Shown here piece after piece: positions 9,162 to 17,273 of a stretch of 64,000 nt of DNA (position 1 is the first letter of the stretch; each line of letters starts with the position of its first letter). The stretch lies in contig CAVQWS010000013.1 of assembly GCA_963717725.1 (NCBI GenBank), forward strand, positions 448-64,447. Direction: 5' to 3'. The notes beneath the pieces were generated by a model. It was not told the DNA's origin, did not search any database, and was given only the letters and a program-made list of their open reading frames with translations. Origin of the DNA: an uncultured Actinomycetes bacterium. Lineage in GTDB: Bacteria > Actinomycetota > Thermoleophilia > Gaiellales > Gaiellaceae. Made by a program: the position numbers and the translations under genes.

Positions 9162-9382
9162 ATGAAGCCTTCGCTAACCATCACGGCGCTGATCGCCGTC
9201 GCTACTCTGGCCGCCGCAGCTGCCTTCGCGGCTACAGCTCTTACAAGCTCGTCACCCGTGAGGATGCGAACCACGAGCTGCACGTCTATCGCGTGCCAAC
9301 CGACCCGTACATGCAGGCCATCTGGCGCAAGGGCAACCTGCGCGTAGTGGTCGGCTCGGGCGGTTGCGACGGTCTCTGCTGA
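9162..9382 (+). pseudogene. Small secreted Cys-containing protein, apparently split between two frames
   Basis: The ATG 9162 frame encodes the signal peptide 'MKPSLTITALIAVATLAAAAAFAATA'. From about 9233 the coding signal moves to another frame: GC3 is 41/49 there versus 23/38 in the ATG frame. That frame reads 'YKLVTREDANHELHVYRVPTDPYMQAIWRKGNLRVVVGSGGCDGLC*'. Confidence 0.3.
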
Positions 9383-9486
9383 AGTCGTCATAGCGCCAAC
9401 GTGATCGTGAGGGACACGAGACCAACACCGATGAGATCGGTTCGGTGGGCCGGTCGTACCAACGACGTCCGACCGAAAGCAGTGAC

Positions 9487-10560
9487 ATGAACCCGACAAC
9501 GAACGGCGAGTCGCTGTGGCCGAGGCTCGCGGAGCTGCCGCTCGTGATCGAAGCGTGCGAGTACGACCGCCTGCATGCCGTCCTCGCCAACGAGTTCGAG
9601 CGCATCACCACCCACGTGCGGCTCGCCGGCGACGGCACCGACGGCCTGGGTGAGGACGTCTCGATCTTCCGGGAGGACGGCACTTCGCTGCACGAGGCCC
9701 GCCCTGCGCTGGGGCTCGAGGGTCAATGGACGCTGGCCGGCTTCTGCGACCACCTCGCCACGGTCGAGCTGTGGCCGGAGCCCCCGGAGTGGGAGGCGGC
9801 GCTGCGCTTCCGCAACTGGGCGTTCGAGTCGGCGGCGCTCGACCTCGCGCTGCGCCAGGCAGGCCGCTCGCTGCACGACGTGCTCGGGTGGGAGCCGCGG
9901 CCGGTGCGCTTCGTCAACTCGCTCGGCCTCGGCAAGGAGCCGTCGTTCGAGCCTCTGCGCCGGCGACTCGCCCGCTCTCCCGGCGTGCGCTTCAAGCTCG
10001 ACGCGGAGGCGACGTGGACGCCGGGGCTCGTGGACGAGGTCGCGGCGACCGGCGCCGTGGACACGATCGACTTCAAGGGCCACTACGGCATCGAGGTCGA
10101 GGATCCGGAAGCCCTCGTTGCCCTGTACGACCATGTGCTCGCCGCGTTCCCGGATGTCTATCTGGAGGACCCGCACGACTTGCCCGAGATCGCCCAGCGG
10201 CTCGGCGATCACCTCGAGCGCGTGTCCTACGACGCGCCGATCCGCAGCGCCCAGGACATCGGCGCCACGCCGCTGGCCGCGCGCGTGGTGAACGTCAAGC
10301 CGTCGCGGATCGGCAGCCTGCGCGCCCTGTTCGAGATCTACGCGCGCTGCGCGCGCGAGCGGCGGCCGATGTACGGCGGCGGCATGGGCGAGCTAGGCGT
10401 GGGCCGCGGGCAGATCGAGCTGCTCGCCGCGCTGTTCCACGCCGACGCGCCCAACGACGTGGCGCCGAGTGCCTACAACGAGGACGACCCGGCGGACGGC
10501 CTCCCGCCCAGCCCGCTGGCGCCGCGCCCTGCGGCCACCGGCTTTCGCTGGTCGGCGTAG
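9487..10560 (+). CDS. Enolase-superfamily-like protein (MR/MLE C-terminal barrel pattern)
   Basis: ATG 9487 in track ORF 9445..10560. The motif order matches the enolase-superfamily K / D / E / D / K layout: 'FKLD', 'IDFKGHY', 'YLEDP', 'SYDAP', 'VNVKPSRIGS', 'YGGGMGELGVG'. Confidence 0.55.
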   Translation: MNPTTNGESLWPRLAELPLVIEACEYDRLHAVLANEFERITTHVRLAGDGTDGLGEDVSIFREDGTSLHEARPALGLEGQWTLAGFCDHLATVELWPEPPEWEAALRFRNWAFESAALDLALRQAGRSLHDVLGWEPRPVRFVNSLGLGKEPSFEPLRRRLARSPGVRFKLDAEATWTPGLVDEVAATGAVDTIDFKGHYGIEVEDPEALVALYDHVLAAFPDVYLEDPHDLPEIAQRLGDHLERVSYDAPIRSAQDIGATPLAARVVNVKPSRIGSLRALFEIYARCARERRPMYGGGMGELGVGRGQIELLAALFHADAPNDVAPSAYNEDDPADGLPPSPLAPRPAATGFRWSA

Positions 10561-10572
10561 GCGAGTCCGCAG

Positions 10573-10788
10573 CTAGCGGGAGCGGTGGCTCTCTTCGCGT
10601 CCTGGATCGAGCAGATCCGGCGTGGGAGCCGAGAGGAGGGAGCTGCCGGCCTGCTTCGCCGCGGTGTTTTGCGAGATTCTGATCGTCTGGCGACGTGCTG
10701 CATCCAGGCGCTGAGCCTCGTCCGAGGCGAGCGTCTCTGGATCGGTGGGCCCTCGCCACCAAGACATCAGTTTCTTCACGGGATTCAT
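10573..10788 (-). CDS. Hypothetical small protein (71 aa)
   Basis: Track ORF with moderate GC3 (52/71) and no recognisable motif. It lies in an ORF-poor stretch. Confidence 0.25.
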   Translation of the reverse strand: MNPVKKLMSWWRGPTDPETLASDEAQRLDAARRQTIRISQNTAAKQAGSSLLSAPTPDLLDPGREESHRSR

Positions 10789-10979
10789 GACCCGATCCTA
10801 GTCGCCGCCGCGACCGACATGGCGGGCATGGCTTGCTTTGGCCGAGGCCGCAGCCGCTCTTCGTTCGCGGGCGGCGGCCATGAGCAGCCTTCACGATCCC
10901 AGGCGACTCACTTCGGCTTCACAGATAGGTCACGCCCAAGGTTGCTTCACCCGGTCGCGGCTCGACGGCCGGCGCCCCG

Positions 10980-11007
10980 TTGACAGCCGGCGCCCCACTT
11001 GTATAGA
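10980..11007 (+). promoter_or_regulatory. Near-consensus sigma-70-type promoter TTGACA-N16-TATAGA driving a leaderless or near-leaderless DUF11 gene
   Basis: TTGACA at 10980-10985 and TATAGA at 11002-11007. The ATG at 11016 is only 8 nt after the -10 box. The -35 box is flanked by an 11-nt direct repeat, GCCGGCGCCCC (10968-10978 and 10986-10996). Confidence 0.5.
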
Positions 11008-11015
11008 TTCGCGCC

Positions 11016-11549
11016 ATGTGCCGCGTAGCCGCCTGGCGCGTCGCCGCAGTTGCCGCCCTCGTAGTTGGTGCCTTGCTGGTCGTCTCAGCAGGTTTCGGTG
11101 GCACTACCTCCGGTGGCCTGCGGGCGAAGAAGACCGCGTTCTCGCCGCTCAGCGCCCAAGCCGCCCGGCTCACAATCGGCTTGAAGGTCACGCCACGCAC
11201 GGCGACCCGCGGGAAGACCGTCACCTACCTGCTGCGACTCTCCAACGTCGGCGATGCCACGGCCAGTCTGGTGCGGGTCTGTGACCAGGTTCCGCTCAGG
11301 TTGATCCTCGTTAGCGCGCCTCCTGGGTTCGTAGAGGGTGGCGCCAGATTGGTCTGCAGGAGATTCGCTCGGCTGCCGGTCGGCGGAACGGTGATCTTCA
11401 AGTTCGTGATGCGAGTCGCACCGTCGGCCAAAGGAGGCGTGGTCGTGAACACCGCCTACGCCAGGTGGCGAGGGGCAGTCAGCTTCATCTACGCCCAGAC
11501 GCCGCTCACGATCGGCGTGCTGGTTGGGTGCTCACGGTCGGCGTGCTGA
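11016..11549 (+). CDS. Secreted DUF11 (conserved repeat domain) protein
   Basis: N-terminal signal/anchor 'VAAVAALVVGALLVVSAG'. DUF11-like core 'GKTVTYLLRLSNVGDATASLVRVCDQVP'. Many codons unusual for this window (AGG, AGA, TTG, GTT, CCT, GGT). Confidence 0.7.
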   Translation: MCRVAAWRVAAVAALVVGALLVVSAGFGGTTSGGLRAKKTAFSPLSAQAARLTIGLKVTPRTATRGKTVTYLLRLSNVGDATASLVRVCDQVPLRLILVSAPPGFVEGGARLVCRRFARLPVGGTVIFKFVMRVAPSAKGGVVVNTAYARWRGAVSFIYAQTPLTIGVLVGCSRSAC

Positions 11550-11833
11550 GCATCACGCGCCTCCTCTGCTGAGAGCCGGTAATCAGGCGCCGTCGCTCGC
11601 GCTTGATCGTGCGTGAGGCGAGGTTGCCTAGGTTGGTCGCGGTGCGCGAGTTCGAGCGCTGGGTCGAGGCTAACGCGGCACGGATCCTTTAGCCCTTGAT
11701 TTGAAATGGCTCGGTCGCGCGCTGAACGAGGCCGCCGAACAACCGCGAGCTCGTTCACTGCCAGGACACGGCCCCGGGCACCAGGCCAGCGCCCTAGCCG
11801 CGCAACCGGCCTGGCCAAGCCGTTTCCGGGCCA

Positions 11834-11906
11834 TGGAGCGTACCGGGATCGAACCGGTGACCTCCGGCTTGCAAAGCCGGCGCTCTCCCAGCTGAGCTAA
11901 CGCCCC
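11834..11906 (-). tRNA. tRNA-Ala (anticodon TGC)
   Basis: The reverse complement folds as a cloverleaf: acceptor GGGGCGT/ACGCTCC with the G3:U70 Ala identity pair, anticodon loop TTTGCAA, T-loop GGTTCGATCC. No CCA is encoded. Confidence 0.95.
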
Positions 11907-11925
11907 GAACTCCTCATTCTAGAGA

Positions 11926-11955
11926 CGGAAAAGCCGGCGGGGCCAGCCGCCGGCT
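11926..11955 (-). terminator. Rho-independent terminator after the DUF2630 gene
   Basis: On the minus strand: AGCCGGCGG-CTGGCC-CCGCCGGCT (9-bp stem) followed by TTTTCC. Confidence 0.65.
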
Positions 11956-11988
11956 CTTCTCGTTCACGGGGGAGAGAACCCCGGGGTC

Positions 11989-12231
11989 TTACGCGGCTCG
12001 CGCCAGGCGCTCTTCGTGCCGGGCGCGCTTGATGATCTCGTCGCGGTCGCCGAAGCGCTGCTGCGCCTTGAGCGTCCGCTGCTCGTCCCAGAGCGTCGCG
12101 ATGCGCTCCTCGAGCTCGTGGAGCTCCTGCGAGAGCGCGGCGTCATGGCCGTCCGAAAGTAGGTGCCAAAGCTCCGACCGGCGTTCGGTCGCCTGGTCGA
12201 GCTCGATGCGGATGTCGTCCATTGTTCTCAT
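11989..12231 (-). CDS. DUF2630-family small helical protein
   Basis: ATG 12231 in track ORF 11989..12474. 'MRTMDDIRIELDQATERRSELWHLL...LHELEERIATLWDEQRTLKAQQRFGD' matches my memory of the DUF2630 pattern. Confidence 0.7.
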   Translation of the reverse strand: MRTMDDIRIELDQATERRSELWHLLSDGHDAALSQELHELEERIATLWDEQRTLKAQQRFGDRDEIIKRARHEERLARAA

Positions 12232-12266
12232 GTCTCTGAAAACGATTTGTCCCCTGCCCACATTCC

Positions 12267-12359
12267 TCAATCGCGAGGGCCGAACAGGTAGAGCACGAGC
12301 ACGACGAGGGCGACCACGCCGGCGGCGATTGCGATCCCGGTGAGCACGCCCGAGCTCAC
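12267..12359 (-). CDS. Possible 30-aa single-TM micro-protein, translationally coupled to the rhomboid gene
   Basis: The GTG (12357-12359) overlaps the rhomboid TGA (12356-12358). Sequence 'VSSGVLTGIAIAAGVVALVVLVLYLFGPRD'. Confidence 0.35.
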   Translation of the reverse strand: MSSGVLTGIAIAAGVVALVVLVLYLFGPRD

Positions 12360-13060
12360 CAGGCCGGCCGTAAGGGCGGTCGCTCGGCAAAGAGCCGCAC
12401 GGTCGCCAGCCCGAAGACAAAGCCGCCGACATGGGCGAAGAAGGCGGTGCCGCCACCCGACTGTGGCTGCGCAATCGAGAAGCCGCCCTCCACGAGCTGG
12501 AGCAGGAACCAGAAGCCGATGAACCAGTACGCCGGGATCTCGCGCAGGAAGACCAGGCCGATGATGAAGGCGGTCAGCACGCTCGCCTGCGGCAGCAGCA
12601 GCAGGTACGCGCCGAGCACACCGGCGATCGCGCCCGAGGCGCCGATGTTGGGGATGCTCGCGCCCGCCGCGTCGGTGGTGGCGAGGGTGACCACGGTCTG
12701 GGTCGCCGTCGCCGCGAGGCCGGCCAGCAGGTACCAGACGAGAAAGCGCGTGCGGCCCATCGAGTCCTCGACGTTGTTGCCGAAAATCCAGAGGAAGAGC
12801 ATGTTGCCGCCGATGTGAATCCAGCTCGCGTGCATGAACATCGAGGTGAACGCGCCCAGGAACCACGGCAGGTGGTCGACCGTCGCAGCCGGCGCCACGC
12901 ACGGCCCCTCGACCGAGCACGGGTAGTAGCCGTAGTGGATGACCTCCTTCTCCACGCCCGTCTCCCACTCCCACAGCCAGACGATCACGTTGGCGGCGAT
13001 CAGCGCGACGGTCACCAGCGGGAACGCCCTCGTCGGGACGTTGTCCTTCAGCGGCAGCAT
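12356..13060 (-). CDS. Rhomboid-family intramembrane serine protease
   Basis: 'HASWIHIGGNMLFLWIFG', catalytic 'GASGAIAGVLG' and 'FAHVGGFVFG' motifs, six TM segments. Confidence 0.9.
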   Translation of the reverse strand: MLPLKDNVPTRAFPLVTVALIAANVIVWLWEWETGVEKEVIHYGYYPCSVEGPCVAPAATVDHLPWFLGAFTSMFMHASWIHIGGNMLFLWIFGNNVEDSMGRTRFLVWYLLAGLAATATQTVVTLATTDAAGASIPNIGASGAIAGVLGAYLLLLPQASVLTAFIIGLVFLREIPAYWFIGFWFLLQLVEGGFSIAQPQSGGGTAFFAHVGGFVFGLATVRLFAERPPLRPAW

Positions 13061-13073
13061 CGCCGCGCGGAGG

Positions 13074-14006
13074 CTACGAGATCACGAGCGCGAGCAAGGC
13101 TTTTTGCGCGTGCAAGCGGTTCTCGGCCTCGTCCCAGACCGCCGAGCGCGGCCCGTAGAGCACGTCTTCGGTGATCTCCTCGCCGTAGTGGGCGGGGAGG
13201 CAGTGGAGGACGATGGCGTCGTCGTTCGCGAGCCCCACGAGCTCCGCGTCGATGCCGAACCCGGCCAGATCGCGCAGCCGCCGCTCGCGCTCTTCCTCCT
13301 GGCCCATGCTCGTCCAGACGTCGGTGTAGAGGACGTCGGCGCCCTCCGCGGCCGCGCGTGCGTCGGTGGTGAGCTCGACCTCGCCGCCGGTCTCGCGGGC
13401 GAGCTCGACGGCCTCCGGCCACACCTCGTAACCCTCGGGCGACGCGGCCACGAAGGGCGCGCCGAGCTTCGCGCAGGCGACCATCAGCGAGGCACAGACG
13501 TTGTTGCCGTCGCCGAGGTAGGCGACCCGCACGCCCTCGATTCGCCCGAGCCGCTCGCGGATTGTCATCACGTCGGCGAGCGCCTGGCACGGGTGCGAGA
13601 TGTCGGTCAGGCCGTTGATCACCGGGATCGAGGCGTGCGTGGCGAGCTCTTCGACGTCGGCCTGATCGAACGTGCGGATCATGATCCCGTCGACGTAGCG
13701 CGAGAGCACCGTCGCGGTGTCCTTGAGCGTCTCGCCGCGGCCGAGCTGGAGGTCGCCGGCGGCGAGGTAGAGCGCGTGGCCACCCAGCTGGGTCATCCCG
13801 ACCTCGAACGAGACACGGGTGCGGGTCGAGGGCTTCTGGAAGATCATCGCGAGCGTGCGGCCGGGGAGGAGGTGATGCTCCTCGCGCCGGGCCTGCCGCT
13901 GCTTGAGGTCGTCCGCGAAGTCGAGCACCGACTCGAGCTCGTCGCGGCTCCAGTCGGCGACGCGGGTGAAGCTGCGGCCCTTGAGGCTCTCGGCGATTGC
14001 GCTCAT
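13074..14006 (-). CDS. argF: Ornithine carbamoyltransferase
   Basis: ATG 14006 in track ORF 13074..14180. Motifs 'STRTRVSFE', 'HPCQALAD', 'HCLPAHYGEE'. Confidence 0.92.
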   Translation of the reverse strand: MSAIAESLKGRSFTRVADWSRDELESVLDFADDLKQRQARREEHHLLPGRTLAMIFQKPSTRTRVSFEVGMTQLGGHALYLAAGDLQLGRGETLKDTATVLSRYVDGIMIRTFDQADVEELATHASIPVINGLTDISHPCQALADVMTIRERLGRIEGVRVAYLGDGNNVCASLMVACAKLGAPFVAASPEGYEVWPEAVELARETGGEVELTTDARAAAEGADVLYTDVWTSMGQEEERERRLRDLAGFGIDAELVGLANDDAIVLHCLPAHYGEEITEDVLYGPRSAVWDEAENRLHAQKALLALVIS

Positions 14007-14019
14007 CCGAGCGCGGATC

Positions 14020-14631
14020 TTACGGGTACGAGCCTTCGAGACCGGCCTGGTCGAGCAGGTCGCGCAGTCGCGAGAGGCCGGTGAACATACGGCTCTTGAT
14101 CGTCCCGAGTGGCTGGTCGAGCCGCTCCGCGAGCTCGCTCTGGGTGAGGCCGCCGTAGTAGCCGAGCTCGAGCGCCTCACGCTGCTCGGCCGGGAGTTGC
14201 GAGAGCGCCTCCTGCACGAGCCTGCGGCGGAAGCCGAGCGAGGCCTCGTCCTCCGCGGTCGTCGGGGCGGCGGGCTCGGGCGCGCGCTCGAGCGGCTCGC
14301 CGCGGCGGATGTCCTCGCGGCGGACGAGGTCGACGGCGCGGCGGTGGACGAGCGTCAGGATCCACGTGCTCGCCTTCGCGCGCTCGGCCAGGAAGCGGTC
14401 GGCGTTCCGCCAGACGCCGAGGAACGCCTCCTGGACGGCGTCCTGGGCAAGCGTCTCGTCGCGCAGGATCCGCAACGCGAGCCCGTAGGCGACGCGGCCG
14501 AAGCGGTCGTAGAGCGCGGCCAGCGCGTCGTCGTCGGAGGCCGCGACCAGTGAGAGCAGCGCCTCGTCGGAGAGCCGCGCCAGGTCACGCGACGGGCGCG
14601 CGGGCGGCGGCTGCACCGTCAGCACGGTCAC
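14020..14631 (-). CDS. ECF (sigma-70 family, SigK-like) RNA polymerase sigma factor
   Basis: C-terminal part of track ORF 14020..16404. Region 2 'DAVQEAFLGVWRNADRF', region 4 'GLTQSELAERLDQPLGTIKSRM'. The GTG start (14629-14631) overlaps the anti-sigma TGA; alternative GTGs at 14625 and 14616. Confidence 0.85.
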   Translation of the reverse strand: MTVLTVQPPPARPSRDLARLSDEALLSLVAASDDDALAALYDRFGRVAYGLALRILRDETLAQDAVQEAFLGVWRNADRFLAERAKASTWILTLVHRRAVDLVRREDIRRGEPLERAPEPAAPTTAEDEASLGFRRRLVQEALSQLPAEQREALELGYYGGLTQSELAERLDQPLGTIKSRMFTGLSRLRDLLDQAGLEGSYP

Positions 14632-15290
14632 GAGACCGCCTTGCTGGCGGCGAGCGGCTTGCTCGTCGGCTGGTCGACCCCGCCGGAGCGTTCGAGCGTG
14701 ACGGCGACGACCGAGCCGGGCTTGACGGGCCGTTGGATCCGCAGCACGGTCGACCCGGAGAAGAGCCCCGCCCGTTTGGCCGCGCCGTTGCGGATCACCC
14801 AGGCCTCGTAAGTCTTGCCCTCGGGCGCGCGCGGGACGGTGAGCGCGATCGCGGCCGTGCCGTCTGGAGCGACCGCCAGCGTGCCGCGATCGCCCATCGG
14901 CACGAGCTGCGCGCCGGGTTCCGCGAGCACGGACGCGAACGCGTCGTTCGTTGCCGGGCGAGTGGCCGCCCAGACGCCGACGCCGATCGCGACGGCCGCG
15001 GCAACCGCAGCCGCGGCGGCGAGGGGAGCCGTCCACGAGCGGCGGCGCGGCAGCGAGACGATGTTCGGGCGCTCGGCCTTCGCGTCCTCCAGGATCCGCT
15101 GCTTCAGCTCCGGCGGCGGCGGAGGGCCGACGGCGCCGTAGGCCAGTGCCGCGGTCGCTTCGCGCAGGCTCGCGAGCTCCTCGCGGCAGGCCTCGCACGA
15201 AGCAAGGTGTTCCTCGAAGGCGCGCTCCTCGTCTACATCTAGCGCGTCCATGGCGTAGAGCGCGACATCGGCGTGGGGATCTGCGGCCAT
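14628..15290 (-). CDS. Anti-sigma factor, RskA-like (zf-HC2, one TM, RskA C-terminal domain)
   Basis: 'EEHLASCEACREEL' zinc-finger-type anti-sigma motif, TM 'LAAAAAVAAAVAIGVGVWA', C-terminal 'GKTYEAWVIRNG...VAVTLERSGG'. Confidence 0.8.
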   Translation of the reverse strand: MAADPHADVALYAMDALDVDEERAFEEHLASCEACREELASLREATAALAYGAVGPPPPPELKQRILEDAKAERPNIVSLPRRRSWTAPLAAAAAVAAAVAIGVGVWAATRPATNDAFASVLAEPGAQLVPMGDRGTLAVAPDGTAAIALTVPRAPEGKTYEAWVIRNGAAKRAGLFSGSTVLRIQRPVKPGSVVAVTLERSGGVDQPTSKPLAASKAVS

Positions 15291-15974
15291 CTAGAAATAG
15301 TAGGGCGCGACCTGAAGGGCGCCCAGCGCGTACCAGACGCCGAAGGACAGGCTGATCACGCCCAGCACCGGCGCGAGCGCCGGGAAGAGGCGGCCGACCC
15401 GCCCGCGCTCGAGCGTGAAGCCGAGGCCGGTCGAGAGCGCCGCCATCGAGAGTGCGGTGCAGAGCGCGAACAGGCCGAGGGCCGCGACCGCGATCTCCTG
15501 GTTGTGGATCGACGCCAGCAGCAGGACGCCGACGCCCGCGCTGCCGCCCATCCCATGCACCAGGCCGATCCCGTAGGCCTGCAGCGGCGAGCGCGCGCGC
15601 CTGGGGGGATGGCGGTGCGTGTGGAACGCGCCGCGGTGCCAGCGCAGAAGCAGCGAGACCGCGAGCGCGACGATCACGAGGCCGACCGTCGTCTCCGCTG
15701 CCTCCTGCGCTGGCTCGGGCAGGTAGCTCTGGAAGAGCACGATCGGCAGCCCGAAGGCGAACAGGGTCGTCGCGTGGCCGAGGCCCCAGCAGAGCCCGAG
15801 CCGGGCGGCCGCGCGGGTGGCGCGCTCGCGGGTGCCGGCGATCAGCGTCGAGACGGCGGCGAGGTGATCGGGATCGGTCGCGTGGCGGAGGCCGAGCACC
15901 ATCGCGACCAGGCAGACGAGCGCGAGCGTGGCGCCGTCGGAGAACGATGCAACCCAGGTGTCGAGTCCGAACAC
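15291..15974 (-). CDS. NicO/RcnA-type nickel/cobalt transporter-like membrane protein
   Basis: 'RHATDPDHLAAV' (H-x4-DH signature), 'GLGHATT', 'HGMGGSAGV'; six TM segments. Confidence 0.75.
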   Translation of the reverse strand: MFGLDTWVASFSDGATLALVCLVAMVLGLRHATDPDHLAAVSTLIAGTRERATRAAARLGLCWGLGHATTLFAFGLPIVLFQSYLPEPAQEAAETTVGLVIVALAVSLLLRWHRGAFHTHRHPPRRARSPLQAYGIGLVHGMGGSAGVGVLLLASIHNQEIAVAALGLFALCTALSMAALSTGLGFTLERGRVGRLFPALAPVLGVISLSFGVWYALGALQVAPYYF

Positions 15975-15977
15975 GGT

Positions 15978-17273
15978 TCAGCTCACTTTCGGGACGGCGC
16001 GGAAGGTCATGGCGATTCCCGCGACGAGGATGACGAGTGCGCTGGCGGCGGGCAAGAGCCGAACCAGCCGGCCTTCGAAGGAGACGCGGCGGAACGCCGT
16101 GCGCGCGACAACCGCTGCGAGGCCGATGCCGGTGATCGTGAGCGCAAGGCCCGCGCTGAAGGCGAGGATCAGCAGCAGACCGAAGGCGACTCGGTGCAGC
16201 GAGATCGCCGCGAGCAGGACCACGAGCGCGGAGGGGCAGGGAAGGAGGCCGCCCGAGACGCCGACTGCGAAGAGCGAGCGGAAGCTGGTGCCCTCCTCGC
16301 CGTGGTGGTGGTGATGGTGGTGCTGCCGGCTGTGCCGCCAGCGGGAGCGCAACACCGACGCGCCGATGCCGACCACGAGCAGGCCCGAGACGAGGTTCAA
16401 CCACGGGTAGAGCCGGTCGGGGACGATGAACTGCGAGAGCGCGAGCGTCACCAGGCCGAGGCTGAAGACGCCGATCGTGTGCGTGATCGTCACGATCAGC
16501 CCGAGCAGCGCCGCGTGCCGCGGGGTGCCGCGCTGTCCGACCAGGTAGGCAGTGATGATCGTCTTGCCGTGCCCGGGCGAGAGCGCGTGCGCGGCGCCCC
16601 AGAAGAGCGCGGCCGCGAGCGAGGCGAGGATCACGAGCAGGCTCAGGTGCGACTGGCCGACGAGCGAGGCGAAGCCGGAGTCCGCGATCCGGTCCGGCGC
16701 CTGCAGGCTGGCTCCGTCCGAGAGCGGGGGAGCGACGTCGGCGCCGGAGCCAGGGGAGAGCTCAGCGGACGCCGATGTCACATCGAGCGGGCTCTCGAGC
16801 ATGTCCTTCGGGTAAGCCCGGAGCTCGTGGCTGCGGCTCGGCGTGCGCGCCCCGATCACGATCTCCTTCCAGCCGATCCGGTTGGCGTAGTTCGAGTCGC
16901 GGTAATGGAGCCGTGCCGGCCCGGAGAGCCGCGGCCCGGCCAGTACCACCTCGATCCGCGTCGTCCTGAGCCCGCCCGCGCCCGGTGGGTGGGCGAGCGC
17001 CTGCCCGAGCGGGACGAGTCGTGCCGGCCGCCCCGCCACCGTCAGGTGGGCGTTGGAGGCGATCCGCCGCGCGTAGGCCCTGGCGTCGATGTGGCCTGCC
17101 TGGAAGGTCGGGATCTCGGCCATGTCCAGGACGTAGAGCACGTAGAGGCGGTGGCCCGAGACCTCGACGCGGCTGAACCGATTGATCGTGAAGTTGCCGA
17201 GCGGGTGCGCGGATGCCGCCGCCGGCGTGAGCAGCGCGGCCGCCACTGCGAGCAGAAGGACGAGGCGCTTCAT
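15978..17273 (-). CDS. Exported N-terminal domain fused to a NicO/RcnA-like transporter with a His-rich loop
   Basis: ATG 17273 (ATGA overlap with the TPR gene). Signal peptide 'MKRLVLLLAVAAALLTPAAASA', 'HPLGNFTINRFSRVEV', transporter part 'HALSPGHGKT', loop 'RWRHSRQHHHHHHHGEEG'. Confidence 0.8.
   Translation of the reverse strand: MKRLVLLLAVAAALLTPAAASAHPLGNFTINRFSRVEVSGHRLYVLYVLDMAEIPTFQAGHIDARAYARRIASNAHLTVAGRPARLVPLGQALAHPPGAGGLRTTRIEVVLAGPRLSGPARLHYRDSNYANRIGWKEIVIGARTPSRSHELRAYPKDMLESPLDVTSASAELSPGSGADVAPPLSDGASLQAPDRIADSGFASLVGQSHLSLLVILASLAAALFWGAAHALSPGHGKTIITAYLVGQRGTPRHAALLGLIVTITHTIGVFSLGLVTLALSQFIVPDRLYPWLNLVSGLLVVGIGASVLRSRWRHSRQHHHHHHHGEEGTSFRSLFAVGVSGGLLPCPSALVVLLAAISLHRVAFGLLLILAFSAGLALTITGIGLAAVVARTAFRRVSFEGRLVRLLPAASALVILVAGIAMTFRAVPKVS

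Noticed and set aside
9436-9462. Partial resemblance to the tRNA-Ala T-arm/acceptor (CGGTTCG...CCGGT.GTACC), which could have been an att remnant.
   Set aside because: The match is short and gapped. Its orientation is opposite to the tRNA gene, so it cannot be an integration direct repeat.
9116-9499. Track ORF 9116..9499 (-), 127 aa.
   Set aside because: Across 9233-9380 its third-codon positions are only about 60 % G+C, whereas a plus-strand frame reaches 84 %. No motif was recognised.
14632-16404. Upstream 590 codons of track ORF 14020..16404, which would make the sigma factor 794 aa.
   Set aside because: Only the last ~200 residues look like an ECF sigma. The upstream part is Arg/Pro-rich nonsense overlapping the well-supported anti-sigma and NicO genes in other frames.
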